Assembly (NCBI GenBank): GCA_965261395.1
Contig: OZ253462.1
Coordinates: forward strand, 3,360,001 to 3,424,000
Source of the DNA: Candidatus Latescibacterota bacterium
GTDB lineage: Bacteria > Latescibacterota > UBA2968 > UBA8231
Length of the DNA: 64,000 nt
Direction: 5' to 3'
The notes under the pieces were generated by a model. That model was not told where the DNA came from. It searched no databases and saw only the letters and a list, made by a program, of their open reading frames with translations. The stretch's first letter is position 1; every line of letters starts with the position of its first letter. Both the position numbers and the translations under genes were made by a program. Below are positions 10,172 to 18,447 of the stretch, piece by piece.

Positions 10172-10227
10172 CGCCCGGCTACCGGTTAATTTTCTCGGTG
10201 GGCTAAAAAAAGAGCAAAAGACCTGAG
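10172..10227 (+). repeat. Degenerate third copy of the 3' end of the 6999..8258 gene
   Basis: cgcccggctaccggttaatt...aaaaaaagagcaaaagacctgag vs cgcccggctatcggctaatt...aagaaaaaggagcgcaagacctgag. Confidence 0.75.
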
Positions 10228-10232
10228 CAGGC

Positions 10233-10277
10233 ACAACGACAGCCCAGACCACTCAAAGCGGTCTGGGCTGTCGTTGT
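10233..10277. terminator. Perfect 18-bp inverted repeat with 9-nt loop; probable bidirectional terminator or REP-like element
   Basis: acaacgacagcccagacc-actcaaagc-ggtctgggctgtcgttgt between convergent transcription units. Confidence 0.65.
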
Positions 10278-10342
10278 AGCGGCTCGCTGCTTGCTACTTC
10301 TGCCGCACTAAAGCGAAGCCTTCGTCGAGACGTACTAACTAG

Positions 10343-11450
10343 CTGACGTTACGCACCTGTGATTTATCCTAGGTATATTCCCAGTATGGACCAACACCTT
10401 TTAGCATTGTATAGCGATTATCTGCTCAGTTCGTTTGGCGCGACCACGGCCACGGGCCTATCGGCACTGGTGGACGGGGCCTTAAGCCATGATCAAGTCA
10501 CGCGCTTTCTGTCGGGTGCCGACTATGATGGCCGCACGCTGTGGCAGCAGGTCAAGCCGATGGTACGCGAGATCGAACAGGACGATGGAGTGCTCATCGT
10601 CGATGACACGATCCAAGAAAAGCCGCATACGGATGAAAATGACCTAATCTGTTGGCACTATGATCACAGCCAGCATCGTACGGTCAAGGGGATCAATCTG
10701 CTCAACTGCGTGTATCATGCCGGCGGGGTGAGTCTGCCGGTAACCTATGAGTTGATCCGTAAACCCATTCTCTTTAGTGAGGTGCAAACTCGTCAGGTCA
10801 AGCGCAAGAGTCTGCATACGAAAAATGAATTGATGCGGCAGATGTTGCGCGTTTGTCAACACAATCAGCTCCCCTATCGCTATCTGTTGGCCGATAGCTG
10901 GTTTTCGGCCAAAGACAACTTAACCTTCATCCACCAGACCCTCCACAAGCACTTCGTCGTCGCCCTTAAATCCAATAGGACGGTCGCCTTGAGCTATGAA
11001 CAGAAACGGCAAGGAGCCTTCGCACGCATCGACGCACAACCGTTGCCTGAACATCAACCGGTACTCGGCTGGATCAAGGGCTTGGATTTTCCCGTCCTGT
11101 TGCTCCAGCAGGTCTTTACAAACCAAGATGGCAGCACCGGCACCTTGTATCTGGCGTGCAGTGATCAGACGTGTGATGGAGCCACCCTCGAAGCAATCTA
11201 CCAGAAACGGTGGAACGTGGAGACGTTTCATAAAACGCTCAAATCCCATGCCGCCTTAGCCAAGTCGCCCACCAAGCGGGTTCGCACCCAAAGCAACCAC
11301 TGTTTTATGGCCCTGTATGCCGCCGGGCGCTTGGAGGGCCTGCGGATCAAGCACCGACTCAATCACTTCGCGCTGCGATCCCGACTCTATCTCAAGGCCA
11401 TTCGATGTGCCTTCGATGAGCTACAAAGTCTGAAAACTGCGTAACGTCAG
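10343..11450 (+). mobile_element. IS701-family insertion sequence
   Basis: 13-bp IRs ctgacgttacgca / tgcgtaacgtcag; 7-bp TSD taactag (10336-10342, 11451-11457). Confidence 0.9.
10386..11444 (+). CDS. IS701-family DDE transposase
   Basis: SHDQVTRFL, IVDDT, LADSWF, YQKRWNVETFHKTLK motifs. Confidence 0.9.
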   Translation: MDQHLLALYSDYLLSSFGATTATGLSALVDGALSHDQVTRFLSGADYDGRTLWQQVKPMVREIEQDDGVLIVDDTIQEKPHTDENDLICWHYDHSQHRTVKGINLLNCVYHAGGVSLPVTYELIRKPILFSEVQTRQVKRKSLHTKNELMRQMLRVCQHNQLPYRYLLADSWFSAKDNLTFIHQTLHKHFVVALKSNRTVALSYEQKRQGAFARIDAQPLPEHQPVLGWIKGLDFPVLLLQQVFTNQDGSTGTLYLACSDQTCDGATLEAIYQKRWNVETFHKTLKSHAALAKSPTKRVRTQSNHCFMALYAAGRLEGLRIKHRLNHFALRSRLYLKAIRCAFDELQSLKTA

Positions 11451-11923
11451 TAACTAGTATGCTGGGCGGCGGTACTTTCCAAGTTGAACTGGTCTAGGTT
11501 GTCAAAGGTAGCTACCACCTCATAAGATTCAAGTAGGCTGCTCACATCTCCTTTGATCTTGACCAATTCGCCCTCTACTGAGTACACCTTAGCATTAGCT
11601 ATGCCTAAAGTGACTGCGTTTAGCAGGAAGGATGCGAAGGTACTTTTTATTGTGATCGCGAGGTTGATGATGGCGTCTGCATCACTCTGCTGCAGCTTCT
11701 CGGCTAGGATCTCCGAAACGTCAAAGGCACTGGTATAATCGAACTTGATCATTTTGCTCTCATCTAAGCGTTCGATGACCTCGACGCGCTCGGTCGGGTT
11801 GTTGAGCATCAGTGGTATCGAGCCTCGACCACTAATTTTGGCCACCGTGCAGCTACTAACCATGGCCATGAGCAACACGAGTGAGACCAAGGTCCCTACC
11901 TTGTTGGTGATTTTCATTTTCAT
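11447..11923 (-). CDS. Lipoprotein, hypothetical; IS inserted at its stop codon
   Basis: Signal with lipobox VSSC; removing IS plus one TSD restores ...QHTS-TAG. Confidence 0.7.
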   Translation of the reverse strand: MKMKITNKVGTLVSLVLLMAMVSSCTVAKISGRGSIPLMLNNPTERVEVIERLDESKMIKFDYTSAFDVSEILAEKLQQSDADAIINLAITIKSTFASFLLNAVTLGIANAKVYSVEGELVKIKGDVSSLLESYEVVATFDNLDQFNLESTAAQHTSY

Positions 11924-12020
11924 AACGACCTCTTCTGAAAAAAAAGATAAAAGAAAGGACCGACTCGCCGAGCTTGGCGACCCTATCGCTCCACGCTTTA
12001 CGGCGGTCGGGCTTTAGTTA

Positions 12021-12048
12021 AGAATAACCCATTAAAACGAGATGTCAA
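12021..12048 (-). promoter_or_regulatory. sigma-70-type promoter for lipoprotein gene
   Basis: Minus strand TTGACA-N16-TATTCT. Confidence 0.55.
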
Positions 12049-12117
12049 ACTGGCCAAGCTGTCCCGCCTCCCCTACCTTTTACCGCTCCACCAACCCATT
12101 GTCCTGAAAGGAAGTAC

Positions 12118-13107
12118 ATGTCAGACACCGAGGCCGTAGCTCAGCTCGGCCAAATCAGGGACCGCATCTACGGCGAGGTCGGCCAAGTCGTCATCGGCCA
12201 GAAGCAGATCGTCGAGGAACTGCTCATCGCCTTGCTCGCCGGCGGCCACTGCCTACTCGTAGGCGTACCTGGCTTGGCCAAAACTACGCTCATCCAAACC
12301 CTCGCCCGCACGCTCGATCTCTCCTTTGGCCGCATCCAATTCACCCCGGATCTGATGCCCTCGGACATCACCGGCACCGAGGTCCTCGAAGAGGACATCG
12401 ACACCGGCCGCAAGGCATTTCGCTTCATCCGCGGGCCCCTGTTTGCCAACGTCATCCTCGCCGACGAAATCAACCGCACGCCCCCCAAGACCCAAGCGGC
12501 CCTGCTCCAAGCCATGCAGGAACACGCAGTCACCGCAGCCGGCGAGACCATGCAGCTCAGCGAGCCATTCTTCGTGCTCGCCACCCAAAACCCCATCGAG
12601 CAAGAGGGGACCTACCCCCTGCCCGAAGCCCAACTCGACCGCTTTATCTTCGAGCTGTGGATCGACTATCCCAGCGACCGCGAGGAAGAGGACATCGTCC
12701 GCGCCACCACCAGCGTCGCCCAAGCCACCGTCCGCCAAGTCGTCGATGCCCAGCAGATCGTCGAGCTACAACAGCTCGTGCGCCGGGTGCCCGTGGCCGA
12801 TCACTGCGTCCGCTACGCCGTCTCGCTGGTGCGCTCGTCCCGGCCCGGGGACGCCCAAGCACCGGATTACATCCGCGAAATGGTTAGCTGGGGCGCCGGC
12901 CCGCGCGCTTCCCAGTACTTGGTCTTGGCGGCCAAGGCGCGGGCCATCCTCGCCGGCCGACACTCGGTCGCCATCGAGGACATCCGCGCCGTGGCTCTGC
13001 CGGTGATGCGCCACCGCATGGTCGTCAACTTCCACGCCGAAGCGCAAAACATCAGCGCGGTCGGTCTGATCCAACGCCTGCTCGCCGACGTGGAGCCAGA
13101 GTCCTAA
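12118..13107 (+). CDS. moxR: MoxR-family AAA+ ATPase
   Basis: GVPGLAKT Walker A, RIQFTPDLMPSD, ADEINR, ATQNPIEQEGTYPLPEAQLDRF. Confidence 0.95.
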   Translation: MSDTEAVAQLGQIRDRIYGEVGQVVIGQKQIVEELLIALLAGGHCLLVGVPGLAKTTLIQTLARTLDLSFGRIQFTPDLMPSDITGTEVLEEDIDTGRKAFRFIRGPLFANVILADEINRTPPKTQAALLQAMQEHAVTAAGETMQLSEPFFVLATQNPIEQEGTYPLPEAQLDRFIFELWIDYPSDREEEDIVRATTSVAQATVRQVVDAQQIVELQQLVRRVPVADHCVRYAVSLVRSSRPGDAQAPDYIREMVSWGAGPRASQYLVLAAKARAILAGRHSVAIEDIRAVALPVMRHRMVVNFHAEAQNISAVGLIQRLLADVEPES

Positions 13108-13108
13108 C

Positions 13109-14008
13109 GTGAGCGAAGCCGTCTCCTACCTCCACCCGGAAACTATCTCGCGCCTCACGCGCCTCGACCTGATTGCGCGGCTCGTAGTCGAGGGCTTTAT
13201 CACCGGCCTGCACCGCAGCCCGTACCACGGCTTCTCGGTCGAATTCTCCGAGCATCGTCCCTATCTGCCGGGCGACCCCCTGCGCGATCTCGATTGGAAG
13301 GCATACGCCAAGTCCGGCCGCCTGTACGTCAAGCAGTACGAAGAGGAGACCAACCTCAAAGCCTATCTGCTGCTCGACGTGTCCGGCTCCATGGACTTTG
13401 CGGCTGGCGCGCCGATGAGCAAATTTCGCTACGCAGCCTCTTTAGCGGCCGCGCTAGCGTACCTCATGCTCAAGCAGCGCGACGCGGTTGGCTTGTTGCT
13501 CTACCACCACCAGACCGAGGCGTACGTGCCGCCGCGCTCGGTGCAAAGCCACCTCCAAGTGCTCCTCAAGACCATCGACCAAGCGAGGCCGCACAAGGAG
13601 ACCAGCATGGCCCCGGCCTTCCACGACCTCGCCGAGCGCATCCGTCGCCGCGGCCTCGTCATCGTGCTCTCCGACCTGCTCGACGCGCCCGACCAAGTCC
13701 TCGAAGGGCTGCGCCACTTCCGCCACCTGCAGCACGAAGTGATCGTCTTCCACCTGCTCGACCCCCGCGAGCGCGACCTCGCCTTCCGCGACCAGACCCG
13801 CTTCTACGACCTCGAAGACCCAGACCAAACCCTCACCACCCAGCCCTGGCACATCCAGCACGAATACCGCGCGCTGATGGACGAGCTGATCCAGACCTAT
13901 CGGCTCGGGTGCGCCGAGGCCGGCATCGACTACGCCCTGCTCGACACGGCGACCCCCTTTGACGTGGCCCTGTCGCGCTACCTAGCGCAGCGCAAAAAAA
14001 TGGGCTAG
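13109..14008 (+). CDS. DUF58 domain protein (MoxR partner)
   Basis: GLHRSPYHGFSVEFSEHRPY.PGD..R.LDWK, LDVSGSM, VLSDL. Confidence 0.9.
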   Translation: MSEAVSYLHPETISRLTRLDLIARLVVEGFITGLHRSPYHGFSVEFSEHRPYLPGDPLRDLDWKAYAKSGRLYVKQYEEETNLKAYLLLDVSGSMDFAAGAPMSKFRYAASLAAALAYLMLKQRDAVGLLLYHHQTEAYVPPRSVQSHLQVLLKTIDQARPHKETSMAPAFHDLAERIRRRGLVIVLSDLLDAPDQVLEGLRHFRHLQHEVIVFHLLDPRERDLAFRDQTRFYDLEDPDQTLTTQPWHIQHEYRALMDELIQTYRLGCAEAGIDYALLDTATPFDVALSRYLAQRKKMG

Positions 14009-14024
14009 CCGCCGTCCCGCCCTG

Positions 14025-14049
14025 AAACTTGACTTTTTTGTACAGATTC
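14025..14049 (+). promoter_or_regulatory. Putative suf promoter -35 overlapping Rrf2/IscR-like operator
   Basis: aaacttgacttttttgtacagatt resembles IscR-type TTGAC-W-tract site; operon encodes an Rrf2 regulator. Confidence 0.4.
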
Positions 14050-14088
14050 CTAAGTTCTTGAGACCGCGCCTAGATACAAGGAGCCAAC

Positions 14089-15552
14089 ATGAGCGAAAGC
14101 ACCCAAACCCTAGAGCAGTTTGCCAACCGCGACTACGAGTGGGGATTCGTCACCGATGTGGAGACCGACTCCGCCCCGCCCGGCCTCAACGAAGAAATCA
14201 TCCGCTTCATCTCCGCCAAAAAGGACGAGCCTGAGTTCATGCTCGAGTGGCGGCTCAAAGCCTATCGCCGCTGGCTGGCTATGGAGGATCCAACGCGTGG
14301 CAAAGAGAGCCAGCGCTGGGCCATGGTCCACTATCCCAACATCAACTATCAAGACATCGTTTATTACTCGGCCCCCAAGAAGAAACAGCTCGACAGCCTC
14401 GACGAGGTCGATCCCGAAATTTTGGCCACCTACCAGAAGCTGGGCATCCCCCTCGTCGAGCAGCAGATGCTCGCCGGCGTGGCCGTGGACGCCGTCTTCG
14501 ACAGCGTCTCCGTGGCCACCACGTTCAAGGACAAGCTGGGCGAGTTGGGCATTATTTTTTGCTCCATGTCCGAAGCCATCCACAATCACCCTGAACTCGT
14601 GCGAAAATACCTCGGCTCGGTCGTGCCCTATACCGACAATTTCTTCGCCACCCTCAACTCCGCGGTCTTTACCGATGGCTCCTTTGTGTACGTGCCTCCA
14701 GGCGTGCGCTGCCCCATGGAGCTATCGACGTACTTCCGCATCAACGCGGCGAACACGGGCCAATTCGAGCGCACCTTGGTCATCGCCGACGAGGGCGCGT
14801 ACGTGTCATACTTGGAAGGGTGTACGGCGCCCATGCGCGACGAAAACCAGCTCCACGCGGCCGTCGTCGAACTCGTAGCCTTCGGCGACGCGCAGATCAA
14901 GTACTCCACCGTGCAGAACTGGTACCCGGGCGACGAAAACGGCAAAGGCGGGATCTACAACTTCGTCACCAAGCGCGGCGCGTGTCGCGGCGACCGCTCC
15001 AAAATCTCGTGGACCCAAGTCGAGACCGGTTCGGCCATCACTTGGAAATACCCCAGTTGCATCCTCCAGGGCGATCACTCGGTCGGCGAATTTTACTCGG
15101 TGGCCGTCACCTCCAAGCGGCAGCAGGCCGACACCGGCACCAAGATGCACCACATCGGCAAAAACACCCGCAGCACCATTATCTCCAAGGGCATTTCGGC
15201 CCAGCGCGGCCAAAACACCTATCGCGGCAAGGTGCAGGTGCTCAAAAACGCGGCCGGCGCTCGCAACTTCACTCAGTGCGATTCCATGCTCATCGGCGAC
15301 CAATGCGGCGCGCACACCTTTCCCTACATCGAGGTCCGCAATCCCACCGCCCACGTCGAGCACGAGGCTTCCACCTCCAAGATCGGCGAGGACCAAATTT
15401 TCTACTGCAACCAGCGCGGGATTTCCACCGAAGACGCCATCTCCATGATCGTCAACGGCTTCTGCAAGGAAGTCCTCGCCGAGCTGCCGATGGAGTTCGC
15501 CGTCGAAGCACAAAAGCTGCTCGGCATCAGCTTAGAGGGCAGCGTCGGGTAG
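14089..15552 (+). CDS. sufB: Fe-S cluster assembly protein SufB
   Basis: [51 protein letters not shown]. Confidence 0.98.
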   Translation: MSESTQTLEQFANRDYEWGFVTDVETDSAPPGLNEEIIRFISAKKDEPEFMLEWRLKAYRRWLAMEDPTRGKESQRWAMVHYPNINYQDIVYYSAPKKKQLDSLDEVDPEILATYQKLGIPLVEQQMLAGVAVDAVFDSVSVATTFKDKLGELGIIFCSMSEAIHNHPELVRKYLGSVVPYTDNFFATLNSAVFTDGSFVYVPPGVRCPMELSTYFRINAANTGQFERTLVIADEGAYVSYLEGCTAPMRDENQLHAAVVELVAFGDAQIKYSTVQNWYPGDENGKGGIYNFVTKRGACRGDRSKISWTQVETGSAITWKYPSCILQGDHSVGEFYSVAVTSKRQQADTGTKMHHIGKNTRSTIISKGISAQRGQNTYRGKVQVLKNAAGARNFTQCDSMLIGDQCGAHTFPYIEVRNPTAHVEHEASTSKIGEDQIFYCNQRGISTEDAISMIVNGFCKEVLAELPMEFAVEAQKLLGISLEGSVG

Positions 15553-15654
15553 ATGAATGCGTGAGGATATCAGCAGCACCCTGTGCGACGATGGTAGCGA
15601 GATTACGATTGAAATTACTATTCAGGCACGCAAGACAGATGGCTTCTTCGAATT

Positions 15655-15707
15655 GACTTCTCGACAGCAGACCATGCTATAAGTACATGGTCTGCTGTCG
15701 AGAAGTC
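15655..15707. promoter_or_regulatory. Perfect 22-bp inverted repeat with 9-nt spacer overlapping a putative promoter
   Basis: gacttctcgacagcagaccatg-ctataagta-catggtctgctgtcgagaagtc; TTGACT at 15653 and extended -10 TGcTATAAG across the loop. Confidence 0.6.
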
Positions 15708-15766
15708 CCAGATCGCACAACGCGAGGGCACCGGGCGGTCGCCCAAGAAAGAAAGGAGGAACAACA

Positions 15767-15919
15767 ATGAAAAAACTCTATAAGCTATATGTGAGGGTTG
15801 TAAATTTTGCAGCCACCTCAGTCTTATTGGGATGGATTTGTTTTGTTCTCGGTGGGATTTCTACGGAGTCCCCCCTCTTGTCATTCGTTTTTCAAGCGAT
15901 CGCCCGGAACCTGCCCTGA
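15767..15919 (+). CDS. Small 50-aa hydrophobic protein (below ORF-track cutoff)
   Basis: Strong RBS AAAGGAGGA; MKKLYKLYVRVVNFAATSVLLGWICFVLGGISTESPLLSFVFQAIARNLP*. Confidence 0.6.
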   Translation: MKKLYKLYVRVVNFAATSVLLGWICFVLGGISTESPLLSFVFQAIARNLP

Positions 15920-16070
15920 GACCGTTACCGCACTTATTGAGGACTGCATAGCTAAAGAAATACAGTCTGGGGCGAAGCAAGAATGAGACGCCATTCCATT
16001 ATAAATGCAGAGATCAATAATAGAATCCGTCTAAAAACAACAAGACATCCATTGAAGTTGGAGACAAGAA

Positions 16071-16953
16071 ATGGGACATCATTATATTCCACAACATCAT
16101 TTGCGAGGATTCGCGATTTCACCTGAAAAATCTGAGGTATGGGTATATGATAAAAAACAACATGAACTTAAACTACTACCGATCAAAAATATTGCTCAGA
16201 GCTCTTATTTTTACCCCGATAAAGATGAGAAATTTCTTGCTCAAGACATTGAAAGTCCAGCTCAACCCATTTTAAAAAAAATACAAACGGATTCACATGA
16301 TATTTCTATCGAGGAGAAAGAATTGCTATCAGTATATATAGTCTCTATGATATTAAGGACTCCAAAATGGAGAGAATATTTAGAAAACAATATCATCCCT
16401 AATGGATATAGAGATTTTATATCAGATCCTGATAAAATAGCAAAAAAATTAGATATGACAGTTGAGCAAGTAAAATTTGAGGCTGAACAATATGAAAGAA
16501 ATGTCTTGAAATCAGATAGTAAGAAGTTTGCTCGTACTGAACAATTAGCAGTTATACGTTATAATGAAAAAATAGGTAAAAAATATCTCTCACGTATGAA
16601 TTGGGCTATAATACAATCAAATTCTTCGTATAAATTTCTTACCAGCGATAATCCAGTATTTACGTATAAAATATAGTACTCTACCGGCCTCGAACTCAGA
16701 AATTATTTTACCTTTAACTTCACTCTGCGCCCTACATATCAGTTCGTATAATTCTGATAATAACCGCAGTATAACTTATGTCAAAGGTAATAGTGAAGTG
16801 ATTAAACAAATAAATAATCAGACAGTTTGGAGGTCAGATCGATTCCTATTCTATTATGTGAAATTTCCTTGGATCAAAAAGTTAGTTGAAAATATGAGTG
16901 ATGAAAAGTTACGTCCAATAGTGTGGACACGACGAGGCCCGAAGCTCGGTTAG
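16071..16953 (+). pseudogene. DUF4238-domain protein, disrupted (stop at 16674 plus frameshift)
   Basis: HHYIPQ.HLRGF start, FLTSDNPV motif; remainder NSEIILPLT...WRSDRFLF in another frame to 16953; very AT-rich. Confidence 0.75.
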
Positions 16954-17108
16954 AAACTGTATTATTGATCTCTGCATTTATAATGGAATGGCGTCTCATT
17001 CTTGCTTCGCCCCAGACTGTATTCCTTTAGCTATGCAGTCCTCAATAATATGCAACACCTGCTCTACGTTGCCGCGTAGCTTGGTGAGAGGCAAAAAAGG
17101 AACAGGCC

Positions 17109-17618
17109 ATGACAACCGCAGAACAAGCCCAAGTTCCACTTTGGCAGGACCGGATCGTCAAAGACCCGCTAATACTCGGCGGCAAACCGACAGTGAAAGG
17201 CACCCGACTCTCCGTTGAATTCATAACCAACGAACTCGAACATGGCCGCACCGAAGCTGATATCATCAGTGACTACTCGCCGCATCTCACTTCGGAAGAT
17301 ATCGAGGCATGTCGTCAGTACAAAGCTACCGGTGCCAAGCTGTCCTACACTACCTGGGCCATGCAGGACGCCTTGATGGATGGCAACATTACCGCAGAGG
17401 AATTTGAGGCTCTAAAAAAGGAACAAATCACCTGGGAGGAACTGCACACTCTGAAGGGCGGCGGCGTCACTTGGGCACAACTCGACGCGCTAAGAGAAGG
17501 CAAGATCACTTGGGCACAATTGGACGACCTGAGAGCTGGCAAGATCACCTGGGAAGAACTCGATGCCGCAATGGGCGGTAGATACAAGATGATCTGGGAA
17601 AACGGCGAAAGACCGTAA
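17109..17618 (+). CDS. DUF433 antitoxin-like protein with C-terminal 13-aa tandem repeats
   Basis: IVKDPLILGGKPTVKGTRLSV...LTSEDIEAC; five G.ITW.(E/Q)L..L. repeats. Confidence 0.8.
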   Translation: MTTAEQAQVPLWQDRIVKDPLILGGKPTVKGTRLSVEFITNELEHGRTEADIISDYSPHLTSEDIEACRQYKATGAKLSYTTWAMQDALMDGNITAEEFEALKKEQITWEELHTLKGGGVTWAQLDALREGKITWAQLDDLRAGKITWEELDAAMGGRYKMIWENGERP

Positions 17619-17622
17619 GATC

Positions 17623-17670
17623 GTGAGAATACTAGCCGACGAAAATATGTCGGCGCACGTCGTTGCATAA
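17623..17670 (+). pseudogene. DUF5615 PIN-like toxin, 15-codon N-terminal remnant
   Basis: (M)RILADENMSAHVVA* directly after DUF433 gene. Confidence 0.65.
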
Positions 17671-17697
17671 CACTACAACCCTAATCGAAAGCGCACT

Positions 17698-18447
17698 ATG
17701 CTCCACATCGAAAACCTCCACGTCTCCGTTGAAGACACCCCCATCCTGCGCGGTGTCAATCTGCAAGTGGAACCCGGCGAAATCCACGCCATTATGGGGC
17801 CCAACGGCTCAGGCAAAAGCACCCTCGCGCAAGTCCTCGCGGGCCGCGAGGGCTACGACATCACCGAAGGGTCGGCCACGTACTGCGGCCAAGACCTGCT
17901 CGAACTCGCGCCGGAAGAGCGGGCGTGTGCCGGGATGTTCCTCGCCTTTCAGTACCCGGTGGAAATCCCCGGCGTCAACTCCACGTACTTCCTCCGCCAA
18001 AGCTACAACGAAATCCGCAAGCATCGCGGCGAGGAGATGGTGGACGCCATCGATTTTCTCGGCCTGATCCGCGAAAAGCTCGCCTTGGTGGAAATGGACG
18101 AGAGCTTTCTCAAGCGGCCGGTCAACGAGGGCTTTTCCGGCGGCGAGAAAAAGCGCCACGAGATCTTGCAAATGGCCGTGTTGGAACCCAAGCTCTCGAT
18201 TCTCGACGAGACCGACTCCGGTCTCGACATCGACGCGCTGCGGATCGTCGCCCAAGGCGTCAATCAACTCCACGCCCCGGACAAAGCCGTCGTCGTCGTC
18301 ACGCACTACCAGCGCCTGCTCAACTACATAGTCCCCGACTTCGTCCACGTGCTCTACGAGGGACGCATCGCCCAGTCGGGCGGCAAGGAACTGGCGCTGA
18401 CGCTAGAGGAAAAGGGCTACGATTGGGTCAAGGAGCAAGCGGCATGA
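17698..18447 (+). CDS. sufC: Fe-S assembly ATPase SufC
   Basis: MGPNGSGKST, FLAFQYPVEIPG, NEGFSGGEKKR, LDETDSGLDIDAL. Confidence 0.98.
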   Translation: MLHIENLHVSVEDTPILRGVNLQVEPGEIHAIMGPNGSGKSTLAQVLAGREGYDITEGSATYCGQDLLELAPEERACAGMFLAFQYPVEIPGVNSTYFLRQSYNEIRKHRGEEMVDAIDFLGLIREKLALVEMDESFLKRPVNEGFSGGEKKRHEILQMAVLEPKLSILDETDSGLDIDALRIVAQGVNQLHAPDKAVVVVTHYQRLLNYIVPDFVHVLYEGRIAQSGGKELALTLEEKGYDWVKEQAA

